Shown in pieces: positions 9,353-17,602 of a stretch of DNA of 58,349 nucleotides. The stretch lies in IMG/VR virus record IMGVR_UViG_3300020044_008128, positions 1 to 58,349 of that record, one strand, 5' to 3'. How positions within the stretch are numbered: position 1 is the stretch's first letter; each line of letters starts with the position of its first letter. Source of the DNA: a virus. Taxonomy: Duplodnaviria > Caudoviricetes. A model generated the notes under the pieces. It searched no databases, was not told where the DNA came from, and saw only the letters and a list, made by a program, of their open reading frames with translations. A program made the translations under genes and the position numbers.

Positions 9353-9568
9353 ACTGGGTTAGCGATCTAAAGACCGAGAGGTCAAGGAGCGCCAGACATG
9401 GGAACCGCTGTTACTCCAGCGTAATCGCAGGATGTAGAGTCTATTGCACCTGCCAGCCTCGGCTCCGTCACTGTAACGACGGGCAATTAAACGGGAAGCC
9501 GAAAGGTGCCTACCCACACAGGTCACAACGAAAGTCGGGAATCGAGTACGGCGTGACCCTTCCCACCA
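9353..9568 (+). ncRNA. Candidate structured non-coding RNA, unknown class
   Basis: Non-coding gap dense in hairpins with GNRA loops (GACC-GAGA-GGTC, GCC-GAAA-GGT, AC-GAAA-GT), long-range stems, 3' end CTTCCC-ACCA. Confidence 0.6.
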
Positions 9569-9588
9569 ATTTCCTCCAATACAAATAC

Positions 9589-11217
9589 ATGAAAACCATA
9601 GCTGTTGACTTTGAAACATCATATACCAAGGACAGGTCTATCTCCACTCATGGGACGTTGGGCTACCTATCGCACCCAGACACCGACATTTTTATGGTCG
9701 CACTTGCGAGCGAGGAGTTTACCTTCGTCGGACCTCCTATGGAGGCTCCTTGGGATTTGGTTCGCGGGAACCGCGTCATTGCACATAATTTTAGCTTTGA
9801 GGTCGCAGTGCTGCGGGAGTGTGAGCGGCGTGGGGTCATTAAAGAGCCTCTCAACGAAACGGGATTTTGCACAGCTAACCTTGCTGCCTATCTGCAAGCT
9901 CCGCGAAACCTCTTGGATGCCAGCCGTGAGTTACTCGGTATCCAGCTTGACAAATCTGCTCGCGACAAGTTCAAAAATAAGAACTACCACACCCTCCCCG
10001 AAGCAATCAAGGAGGAGATCAGAGGTTACTGCCTATCCGATGCCAAAGCCTGCTACACGATCTGGGAAAAGTATGCTCACCTCTGGCCTGAGCATGAGCA
10101 GCTTTTGTCTTGGCACACGACCATGATGGGTCATCGTGGCATCCCTGTGAATAGCGAAGCCGTTGATAACGGCATCCGTACCTACAAGGAAATCCTTTGG
10201 GGTTTGGAGAAGCTGATCCCGTGGGCTGGAACCAATCCTGTGCTGTCTTTGCCGCAACTGCGTGACGCTTGCCGTAAAGCAGGCATCCCTGCGCCAGAGA
10301 GCACTGCCAAGGACAGCGAAGAATTCCAAGTTTGGGCAGATACTTACGCCGACAAGGTTCCTTTCGTTGCTGCGGTAAGCCAGTATCGTTCTATCAATCG
10401 CTCTTTGGGGGTCTTGGAAGCCATGCAGGTTCGCACGCTGGACAACCGTGTGCGCTACGGGCTGAAGTATTGTGGTGCCGTTCCGACTTTCCGGTGGAGT
10501 GGCGACACGGGTCTCAACGTGCAGAACCAATCTCGCGAGCCTGTTGGCGGAATCGACATCCGCACCATGTTTGAGGCACCTGCTGGCAAGTCCTTTATCT
10601 CTGCAGATATGAGTCAGATTGAGCCTCGGGTTGCTCTTTGGGTGACGGGGAACACCCCGCAGCTTGATTTGGTTCGAGGTGGTATGTGCGTCTATGAGGT
10701 TCACGCTCGCCAAACGCTTGGCTACGACCTGTCTATCAGCCTTAAAGATGCGGCAAAAAAGGACGTGGCATACGCCAAGATGCGGCAATTCTCCAAGGCA
10801 AGGTGTTTGTCCGCAGACACCCTTGTTTTGACCCACAGAGGATATATTCCTATTTTGAAGGTTGAACTTACGGACAAATTGTGGGACGGTTATCAATGGG
10901 TTACTCATGATGGGGTGATCTACAAAGGAATCCAAAAAACTATTCGATATGAAACCGACACCTTTACCGAAGACCACAACTTGTACCTTGGAGAACACGA
11001 AAGAATCCAAGCAGGACAAGCGAAAGGGGAGCTTGCATTATCAGTGGCAAGGTACCGAACATCCACATCCTCTTGGTACGATGTTTGGGCATTGGCGTGT
11101 TGTGTCCTCAAAACTTACTCGCATCAATGGCTACCCCTACACAAACTTACTCTGCACCCACTGTGGGAGAGAGTTTGTTATTCTCTTGAAGAATGCCGAA
11201 AAAGGGCTAACCAATAG
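9589..11217 (+). CDS. polA: DNA polymerase family A, N-terminal fragment fused to N-intein
   Basis: Exo I IAVDFET, exo II AHN, motif A SADMSQIEPRV, motif B start RQFSKAR then intein block A CLSADTLVLT and block B TEDH. Confidence 0.92.
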   Translation: MKTIAVDFETSYTKDRSISTHGTLGYLSHPDTDIFMVALASEEFTFVGPPMEAPWDLVRGNRVIAHNFSFEVAVLRECERRGVIKEPLNETGFCTANLAAYLQAPRNLLDASRELLGIQLDKSARDKFKNKNYHTLPEAIKEEIRGYCLSDAKACYTIWEKYAHLWPEHEQLLSWHTTMMGHRGIPVNSEAVDNGIRTYKEILWGLEKLIPWAGTNPVLSLPQLRDACRKAGIPAPESTAKDSEEFQVWADTYADKVPFVAAVSQYRSINRSLGVLEAMQVRTLDNRVRYGLKYCGAVPTFRWSGDTGLNVQNQSREPVGGIDIRTMFEAPAGKSFISADMSQIEPRVALWVTGNTPQLDLVRGGMCVYEVHARQTLGYDLSISLKDAAKKDVAYAKMRQFSKARCLSADTLVLTHRGYIPILKVELTDKLWDGYQWVTHDGVIYKGIQKTIRYETDTFTEDHNLYLGEHERIQAGQAKGELALSVARYRTSTSSWYDVWALACCVLKTYSHQWLPLHKLTLHPLWERVCYSLEECRKRANQ

Positions 11218-11807
11218 TTGCTCAGAATGTAACGTAGTTTTACGAAACCTTGCGCGAAACTTTAAGAAGTGGGGGCGGGACATGGACGACAACGACAGGG
11301 TTCTTCAAGTGAGGTGGAACGCTATCCGGCATCGTTGTGAGAATTGCGCCTCCCCAAACTACCCCAACTATGGGGCGAGGGGAATCCGGCTTTCCCATGA
11401 GTTCCTTAGCGACGTAGCTTTTGTTGATTACTTAAAGTCGCTTCCCGACTGCCCTACTAAAGTCTCAAAACAACACACAATAGATCGCATCAACAATGAA
11501 AAAGGATATGAACGAGGAAACCTCAAGTTCTCAACTCACCAGCAGCAAATGCGGAATCTCCGCACAACTCAAAGGATCACACATGAAGGCAAAACTTACG
11601 ATGCTCGCACATTCGCTGAACTTTTTCTGCATCGGTGCCGCACGGCAACTGTTGTGCGCCTTGTTAGACAAGGCTTGTCAGCGGAGCAGATTATCCACAA
11701 GGATGCCACGGACCCCCACATCGGAAGACGCTGGACAACCTGTGTATGACATCCTGAACGCGGGACCAAGGCATAGGTTCTGTACACCTAGCGCAGTTGT
11801 CTCAAAT
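10804..11807 (+). mobile_element. Split intein with nested out-of-frame HNH homing endonuclease
   Basis: Intein begins at Cys codon 10804 (frame 1) and ends PVYDILNAGPRHRF...VVSN at 11807 (frame 3), followed by Cys+1. Confidence 0.85.
11081..11749 (+). CDS. HNH homing endonuclease (start uncertain, frame open from 10949)
   Basis: FGHWRV, CTHCG, SCSEC, WNAIRHRC..YPNYGARGI, TIDRINNEKGYERGNLKFST..QQMRN. Confidence 0.88.
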   Translation: MFGHWRVVSSKLTRINGYPYTNLLCTHCGREFVILLKNAEKGLTNSCSECNVVLRNLARNFKKWGRDMDDNDRVLQVRWNAIRHRCENCASPNYPNYGARGIRLSHEFLSDVAFVDYLKSLPDCPTKVSKQHTIDRINNEKGYERGNLKFSTHQQQMRNLRTTQRITHEGKTYDARTFAELFLHRCRTATVVRLVRQGLSAEQIIHKDATDPHIGRRWTTCV

Positions 11808-12371
11808 TGCCTTGGACTTGTGTATGGGCAGTACAGCAAAGGCTTCCAAGCCTACGCCAAGACCTTTGGGCTAGACATTACTTTAGAAGAAGCAGACCAC
11901 CAAGTTAAGCAGTATCGGGCTATGAACCCCTTGCTGACGAAGTTTTGGGCTTCTCTTGAGCTTGGCATGAAGCAGTCTAGGGGGCAGACTTTCTCAATAG
12001 AGTTGCCCAATGGTCGCTCCATGAATTACTTTGACGTAACCATTGGACGTAACGAGAAAGGTTTTCCCGACCTTCGCGCTCGCCCTGTGATGGGTGGGGT
12101 TCCTACCTATTATACCGCAGGGAAATTTTTTAATAATGTGTGCCAAGGAACGGCTCGGGACGTGTTTGCAGAGAAGATCACCGAGATCGAGTACAAGCTT
12201 GGGCTACCCGTGGTCCTAACCGTTCACGATGAAGTCTTAGTTGAAGTGGATGCCGCTGATGCCAAGGATGCCCAACGTGAAATCTCCAGAGTCATGGCAA
12301 CCGCTCCTGAATGGATGCCCGACATTCCCTTGGCCTCAGACTGTAACATCATGCAAGTTTATGAAAAGTAG
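11703..12371 (+). CDS. polA: C-intein fused to DNA polymerase A C-terminal fragment (start uncertain, 11496-11703)
   Basis: Intein blocks F/G then CLGLVYG (rest of motif B), NNVCQGTARD, motif C LTVHDEV. Confidence 0.9.
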   Translation: MPRTPTSEDAGQPVYDILNAGPRHRFCTPSAVVSNCLGLVYGQYSKGFQAYAKTFGLDITLEEADHQVKQYRAMNPLLTKFWASLELGMKQSRGQTFSIELPNGRSMNYFDVTIGRNEKGFPDLRARPVMGGVPTYYTAGKFFNNVCQGTARDVFAEKITEIEYKLGLPVVLTVHDEVLVEVDAADAKDAQREISRVMATAPEWMPDIPLASDCNIMQVYEK

Positions 12372-12525
12372 TCCCGAACTGATCCAGCTGTTGGAACGCG
12401 CAGCCATTCTGATTGAAGCCTACGCTGAACTTTGCGACGAGAATGGCAAAAGCCACCGCGCAGAGGAAGCCCTCACTTGGGTGGACGATGCCGACGACTG
12501 GCAAAATAAGCACAAAGACGATTGA
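12361..12525 (+). CDS. Small hypothetical protein
   Basis: ATG 12361 overlapping polA end; helical acidic peptide. Confidence 0.5.
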   Translation: MKSSPELIQLLERAAILIEAYAELCDENGKSHRAEEALTWVDDADDWQNKHKDD

Positions 12526-12549
12526 CAGGAGGGAAGTCCAAGCTACTTC
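12522..12549 (+). promoter_or_regulatory. Putative promoter (TTGACA-N16-TACTTC)
   Basis: Perfect -35 upstream of primase-helicase. Confidence 0.4.
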
Positions 12550-12590
12550 TCCGACCCAGACTTTAACAAATACTTTAATACAGCCAAGCC

Positions 12591-14768
12591 ATGTTCAAAT
12601 TTCTCCCCAATCTCACGTCCCAGAATGTTGAAGATTTGGTTATCCCGTTTACCGGAGAACCTCCACATATCCCGTCCAGCATCACTAGCAAAGACGGGTA
12701 TCGCCGCTGGAGTTTGGAGCCTAACACCAACCACGTCTTTGCATCTCACTTTGTTGGGATTGTGGAGACGTTGCGGGTGTCCGACAGCAATCTCCCCTTC
12801 AAGCAGGTTGGGGCTATCTTCGACTTCGACACCCGATTTGAAGGGGATGCCATTGCCCAGATCGTGCAGAATGTTGACCCTGAATTTCGCCCGCGATACC
12901 TGACAAGAACCTTCTCAGGAGGCATCCGCCTCTGGTATATCTTTGAGACTCCAATCCTGTTCCACGATGCCCGAGTGGGTTTGAAGTTCAGCGATCTGGT
13001 GATCAAGAAGCTGAAGATACGCAGCTTGTTCCCCGGCTTCGATGACAAAGCCTCCAAGCAGTACGGTCAATACTTTGAAGTGGGCCATAGCTGGCAGGAA
13101 GTTCCCAATTCGGGAACCATTCCCCTTGTCCACTTGGAAGCATGGATGGGCCTCGCCATCGTGGCGGAGTCCAATACCAAGAAGAAGAACGGGGTTGCTA
13201 TTCCCTTTGACAAGATTCGTGATGCTCTAGAGCTAAAGTTTCCAGCGGCATGGCGGGATGGTTGGGATAAATTCACGGTAGGTGCTCGCGGGTGCCGATT
13301 CTGGGACGGTGGCAACGCTACATCTTGCATCGTGCGGGAAGATGGGATCACCTGCTTTACCGGAGACGTGGGCTTTGTCGGTTGGTCTGATCTCCTTGGG
13401 CGTGAGTGGGTGGATAAGCATACCGATGTCGCGATGGGAGAAGCCATCGAGAACATCTGGTTTGAGCCTGCTGCCAACAAGTATTGGAGGTGCAACACAA
13501 ACCTTGGTTGGCAGCAAGTTCAGAAGGAAGACCTGCGTCTGCACTTCCGCATGAAGGGCATTGGTGATGACCGTGAAGAGGGGCAAGCCTACAGCCCGAT
13601 GGATCGTGTGCTCAACCAAGTCCAAATCTCTCATGCCGTTGGTGGTGCCTTCCCGTTCCACTTCAAGAAGGAGGACATCGTGATGGCAAATGGGCAACCG
13701 TTCCTGAACATTTCACGGGCCAAACTTGCCCAGCCCGATCTAAGCCGCTCAGGCGCATGGGGAGACGGCTTCCCAAATCTAGCCCGCTACTACGAGGGCT
13801 TCTATAATCGTGCTCAGTTCCCCATCCAGTTTGCCCACGCAATGGGCGAGAAGATGTGGACATATAAGACTGCCTTTGCCGGAAGCCTGCAACGGGGTCG
13901 AGTGATTGTTCACGCAGGCCCAGCAGGAGCAGGTAAAACCTACATGCTCACCATAGACGAGTACATCTACGGAATCTTGGAGGACGCGAGCCGTTACCTG
14001 CTTGGTCAGGATGGCTTCAATGGCTCCTTGGTCGCTGCTCCTATTTGGGGCGTGGATGATCCAGTCGCTTCAGCGGATTCCAGAACAACGGCTACCTTCT
14101 CCCAGATGCTCAAGACCATTGCTGCCTGTGACAACATCCCTGTCCGTGGCATGTATCGTGAATCCTTGCGGTTGCCGTGGGTAGGTCGCGTGTTCGTGAA
14201 CATGAACGACGATCCCGAATCTATCCGAATGCTCCCAAGCACCGAGTTGAGCCTTATTGACAAGCTCGGACTCTACTTGGTGAAGCGTCCCTTTGAAGGC
14301 AAGTTCCCGACCAATGATGTGATCAAGTCGGAAGTCCCAGCCTTCTGTCAATTTCTTCTGGAAGGGCAATCCTATCTAGAAGCAATCGTTCCTGACTTGT
14401 TCAACGATCCTCGTTGGGGAGTTAAGAACTACCATCACCCCCACCTCTTGGCTGTTGCGGAGTCTGCACAGACCTCCACTTCCGTTGAAGAGTTTCTCAA
14501 CCTCTGGCGCAAAATCTGGTTTATGGCACAAGGGAATACTGACTCCTGCTGGACAGGCAACCCAACCCAACTCATGGAGGCTATCGCTAACGTCGATACG
14601 CTTCGCGATATTCAACGTGGCGTAGTGCATGGCCCACAGGCTCTTGGCAGGGCTTTGGCACAACTTGCGCTACGCACCAATGCACCGAAATGGCTGAAAT
14701 CTCATGGCGAAAAACGCATCTACACCATCTATCGTGATGACAATGGCCCAACCCAAGAAAACCCTTAA
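12591..14768 (+). CDS. Primase-helicase (AEP-like N-terminus, SF3/D5-like NTPase)
   Basis: DFD and TFSGGIRLW primase-like motifs; Walker A GPAGAGKT, FNG, VDD, NMND. Confidence 0.8.
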   Translation: MFKFLPNLTSQNVEDLVIPFTGEPPHIPSSITSKDGYRRWSLEPNTNHVFASHFVGIVETLRVSDSNLPFKQVGAIFDFDTRFEGDAIAQIVQNVDPEFRPRYLTRTFSGGIRLWYIFETPILFHDARVGLKFSDLVIKKLKIRSLFPGFDDKASKQYGQYFEVGHSWQEVPNSGTIPLVHLEAWMGLAIVAESNTKKKNGVAIPFDKIRDALELKFPAAWRDGWDKFTVGARGCRFWDGGNATSCIVREDGITCFTGDVGFVGWSDLLGREWVDKHTDVAMGEAIENIWFEPAANKYWRCNTNLGWQQVQKEDLRLHFRMKGIGDDREEGQAYSPMDRVLNQVQISHAVGGAFPFHFKKEDIVMANGQPFLNISRAKLAQPDLSRSGAWGDGFPNLARYYEGFYNRAQFPIQFAHAMGEKMWTYKTAFAGSLQRGRVIVHAGPAGAGKTYMLTIDEYIYGILEDASRYLLGQDGFNGSLVAAPIWGVDDPVASADSRTTATFSQMLKTIAACDNIPVRGMYRESLRLPWVGRVFVNMNDDPESIRMLPSTELSLIDKLGLYLVKRPFEGKFPTNDVIKSEVPAFCQFLLEGQSYLEAIVPDLFNDPRWGVKNYHHPHLLAVAESAQTSTSVEEFLNLWRKIWFMAQGNTDSCWTGNPTQLMEAIANVDTLRDIQRGVVHGPQALGRALAQLALRTNAPKWLKSHGEKRIYTIYRDDNGPTQENP

Positions 14769-15018
14769 ATTCCACATCCGCAGGACTCCGGTGGGCATTG
14801 GCCCGCCGGGAACCAACAAGCGGGGGCCAAAGACCGAACGGGCTATGATCTACCCCTTTGACCAACTGGAAGTCGGGCAGTCTTTCTTGGCCCCCAAATC
14901 CATGCGGAAGAAGCTCGCTCCTCTGGCGGTGTATCATGGCAAGCAGATGGGCAAGCTGTTTGCAGTAGTGCAACTAACTTACGATAAGAAGAAAATTGCA
15001 GTTTGTAGGACGAAATAG
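14743..15018 (+). CDS. Small basic DNA-binding protein (YPFDQLEVGQSF type); possible recombination directionality factor
   Basis: Recognisable YPF..LEVG.SF motif; adjacent to integrase. Confidence 0.6.
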   Translation: MAQPKKTLKFHIRRTPVGIGPPGTNKRGPKTERAMIYPFDQLEVGQSFLAPKSMRKKLAPLAVYHGKQMGKLFAVVQLTYDKKKIAVCRTK

Positions 15019-15019
15019 A

Positions 15020-15048
15020 TTGACGATAAAACCTCGGTAGATTATTGC
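15020..15048 (+). promoter_or_regulatory. Putative leaderless promoter of integrase (TTGACG-N17-TATTGC)
   Basis: -10 ends 7 nt before ATG 15056. Confidence 0.45.
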
Positions 15049-15055
15049 TTCGGCC

Positions 15056-16201
15056 ATGACTACAGACACAATCACAATCAAAGGCAGAGAGTTCCACATG
15101 TTCAAAGAGCCAGCCACAGGTCGCTGGAGAGTGCGGAAGCGCACGGAAGACGTATACATTGACAAATCCACTGGCTGCACTGAACTGACCGAAGCCCGTC
15201 GCTGGGCCAAGGTCTATGTGGAGAAGGAACTTGGTAACGCTTATCGCTTGGCTACCGGAGGACATACTTTAGAAGAAGTTGTCCAAGCCTATCTGTCGTT
15301 CCCAAAACCTGTGCGCCAGTATGTGGCGGAAGCCAACGTGGCTCGCCTCCGCAACATCGTGCAGATTGCTATGGGCAAGGAACTCCACGAAGTCCGCGCC
15401 CGCGCCATCACCTACCGTCTTTGGGAGGATTTCATTGCCTTCAAGCATGGCGGCAAGATGGACTTGTCCACACCTCGACGGGAGAACATCAGCATCGTGG
15501 GTGCCGTCCGTTCTGCTTGTTCTATCTTCCCCAAGAAGCTGGATCACCGCTATGCCGAAGCAGGCATCAATCTGGACTTTGCCAATCTCCGCAGGGTTCC
15601 GTCTCTACCCACCTTGTCGGTAGCTCGTCATGCGTTGCCTGAAGGATGCCTTGGTTCCCTGATCAATGCTTGGAACTCCCTGAAGACTTCGGAATCCGCT
15701 TCTGATCGGGCTATCTATACTACTGTGGGTTTGGCTCTCTACGCAGGGCTTCGCTCCAGCGAGATTGCAGCCGCTCAGAAGCATTGGCTGACCTCCAGCG
15801 GCACTGAGATCAAGATTGTGCTCAAAGATCGCCCTGAGGAGGGCTTCCGCACCAAGACGGGTTCACAGGCTTTGGAGAACTCTTGGCTCAGTGGCTTGGT
15901 CATCGACCTTGGCTTCGCGTATCACTTGATGTCGCTGCCAGAAGGCAAGCTGGTTCAGTTCCCGCAGTCGTCTGAAGATTGGTTCTTCAACACGGTGGTC
16001 AACCGCTGGATTCGCCAATTCATCACCAAAGAGATGGATGGCAAAGGTCTGCATCGTCTGCGGGCTGAATACGCCAATGCGGTCAAACGCAAGTATGGTG
16101 ATCGTATCCTTGCCAACCAAGTTGGTATTGACGCAGCCCGACTTGCTTTGGGCCATGAAACTTCCGGCACTACATTGCGCCACTATTTGCAGACTCCGTA
16201 G
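15056..16201 (+). CDS. int: Tyrosine recombinase / integrase
   Basis: Catalytic set R (AGLRSSEI), K (RTKTG), HxxR (LHRLR), LGH, Y (RHY); N-terminal arm-binding-like KSTG..ELTEARR. Confidence 0.9.
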   Translation: MTTDTITIKGREFHMFKEPATGRWRVRKRTEDVYIDKSTGCTELTEARRWAKVYVEKELGNAYRLATGGHTLEEVVQAYLSFPKPVRQYVAEANVARLRNIVQIAMGKELHEVRARAITYRLWEDFIAFKHGGKMDLSTPRRENISIVGAVRSACSIFPKKLDHRYAEAGINLDFANLRRVPSLPTLSVARHALPEGCLGSLINAWNSLKTSESASDRAIYTTVGLALYAGLRSSEIAAAQKHWLTSSGTEIKIVLKDRPEEGFRTKTGSQALENSWLSGLVIDLGFAYHLMSLPEGKLVQFPQSSEDWFFNTVVNRWIRQFITKEMDGKGLHRLRAEYANAVKRKYGDRILANQVGIDAARLALGHETSGTTLRHYLQTP

Positions 16202-16745
16202 CCTGCCAGCAGTGTGATGGGTAATCCAAGTTCTCCGTGACCAAAGGCAACCAAACCTTGGCGCGGAGGACACAACCACAGACCTTGCAGGATTCCAAAG
16301 CGGAGTCCAGCGAGGTCTGTTTGTTTCCAACCAACTCCACAACCTTCTTGAGGATATTGGAGCAGCCCCAGCAACCTTGAACCACCACATTGAAAGGGCA
16401 GGAAATACAAATCTTGGCACGGCGTTCGGCTTCCTCTTGGGGAACCGTGTCACCCTTCCAGTTCTTCATGGTTACGAAGAACCGACGAATGTCCTCCATC
16501 TTGAGATACCGCTTTGAGGTGTTGGCTTTCCGGCCCGTGCAGGGAACCTGTTCGTTTTGTTTGCAAAGGTCATCTTGGAAGCGTTCCTCCCAACCTTCCG
16601 CTAAGTCCAAGCCCATAGCGGAACGATGTTCACGCACGGAGTTACAAACTTGCCAGTAGGAGAAGCCTGTGAAGACTACTCCTGTTTCTGGCTGGGCATA
16701 ACGCCATTTGTTGGCGGTTCCACGTCCGGGAGAGGTTACTTTCAT
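16170..16745 (-). CDS. Cys-rich zinc-binding hypothetical (DUF6171-like C-terminus)
   Basis: RAKICISCP..CWGC..CKVCGCVLRAK..CW. Confidence 0.65.
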   Translation of the reverse strand: MKVTSPGRGTANKWRYAQPETGVVFTGFSYWQVCNSVREHRSAMGLDLAEGWEERFQDDLCKQNEQVPCTGRKANTSKRYLKMEDIRRFFVTMKNWKGDTVPQEEAERRAKICISCPFNVVVQGCWGCSNILKKVVELVGNKQTSLDSALESCKVCGCVLRAKVWLPLVTENLDYPSHCWQATESANSGAM

Positions 16746-16775
16746 CGAAGGTGAAATACTATGTCAATTATAAAG

Positions 16776-17429
16776 CTAGCGAGAAGCACGCAAAGCATCT
16801 TCAACACGGCTTTTATACTTCGGATTAAGGGCACTTTGTTGGCTTTCATCATTTCCGGTCATTAGTTTTAAGGCTGTCCATAACGCACTTGGATTGGCAT
16901 TATCTGAAAGGGCTTCCGCACTGCCCCCAAGAGCATTTCCGGAAATTCCCGTTGCACGGATCGAAGGCTCCAGCTTTTCTCCAACAACATTGAACGCAGC
17001 CGCTTTGAGAGCCTTCCCAATATCTTTATCTGCAAGATAGCTGCGTCCGGCGGCATACGTGGCATTAGCAACGGTAGGAATCGCTTTAGCCACCGATTGA
17101 CGAAGAGCCGGATTCGTGATGAAACGTGTGGCCCACGCAGGAGCCGCTTCCATGACGTTTACCGCTTCGGGGATAGCGGCAAGAAATTGACCCGGCAACT
17201 CGGCAACAAACTGGTGCGTCACATCGGCATGGTTGCCATACCGATTAAGACTATCCCGATTAGCTTCTGTGAAATCGGCTGCTTGTTTCTCAATCCCCTT
17301 CATGGTTCGCCCAACGGAACCCGGCAACAACGCCCCTGCTCCCAAAAAAGGAGCAAGCAAGCGACCAGAACCATAGATGATTGATCGGTCTAGTGCTTCC
17401 GGAAGCGAGTTGGGCGTTGGGATAGGCAT
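16776..17429 (-). CDS. Hypothetical Ala/Gly-rich, probably virion/ejection-type protein
   Basis: ORF co-oriented with late genes; ATG 17429 preferred. Confidence 0.6.
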   Translation of the reverse strand: MPIPTPNSLPEALDRSIIYGSGRLLAPFLGAGALLPGSVGRTMKGIEKQAADFTEANRDSLNRYGNHADVTHQFVAELPGQFLAAIPEAVNVMEAAPAWATRFITNPALRQSVAKAIPTVANATYAAGRSYLADKDIGKALKAAAFNVVGEKLEPSIRATGISGNALGGSAEALSDNANPSALWTALKLMTGNDESQQSALNPKYKSRVEDALRASR

Positions 17430-17435
17430 AACCAA

Positions 17436-17600
17436 TTACATCTCTTCCATGTACTTCTCCATGCCCTTGCCTTTCTTCTTCGGCATATCCTCGGATTCCG
17501 AGTCCTCGGTTTCCATTTCGGTTTCGCCTGCAACCCCTTCAAGGAAGCCGCTGAAGGCTTTTGTGAGGGCATCTTTCTGGTCAGGTTTGAGGGGAGTCAT
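17436..17600 (-). CDS. Small acidic/basic protein, 54 aa (not in ORF track)
   Basis: Manual translation MTPLKPDQKDALTKAFSGFLEGVAGETEMETEDSESEDMPKKKGKGMEKYMEEM fills the gap exactly. Confidence 0.6.
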   Translation of the reverse strand: MTPLKPDQKDALTKAFSGFLEGVAGETEMETEDSESEDMPKKKGKGMEKYMEEM

Positions 17601-17602
17601 AA

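Noticed and set aside
9493-9568. Canonical tRNA (76 nt, ends ACCA)
   Set aside because: No D-arm, anticodon arm or TTC loop; kept only as unclassified ncRNA
10804-11807. Group I intron in polA
   Set aside because: Boundaries carry intein protein motifs (Cys1, TxxH, block F, terminal Asn, Cys+1) and no intron core elements were seen
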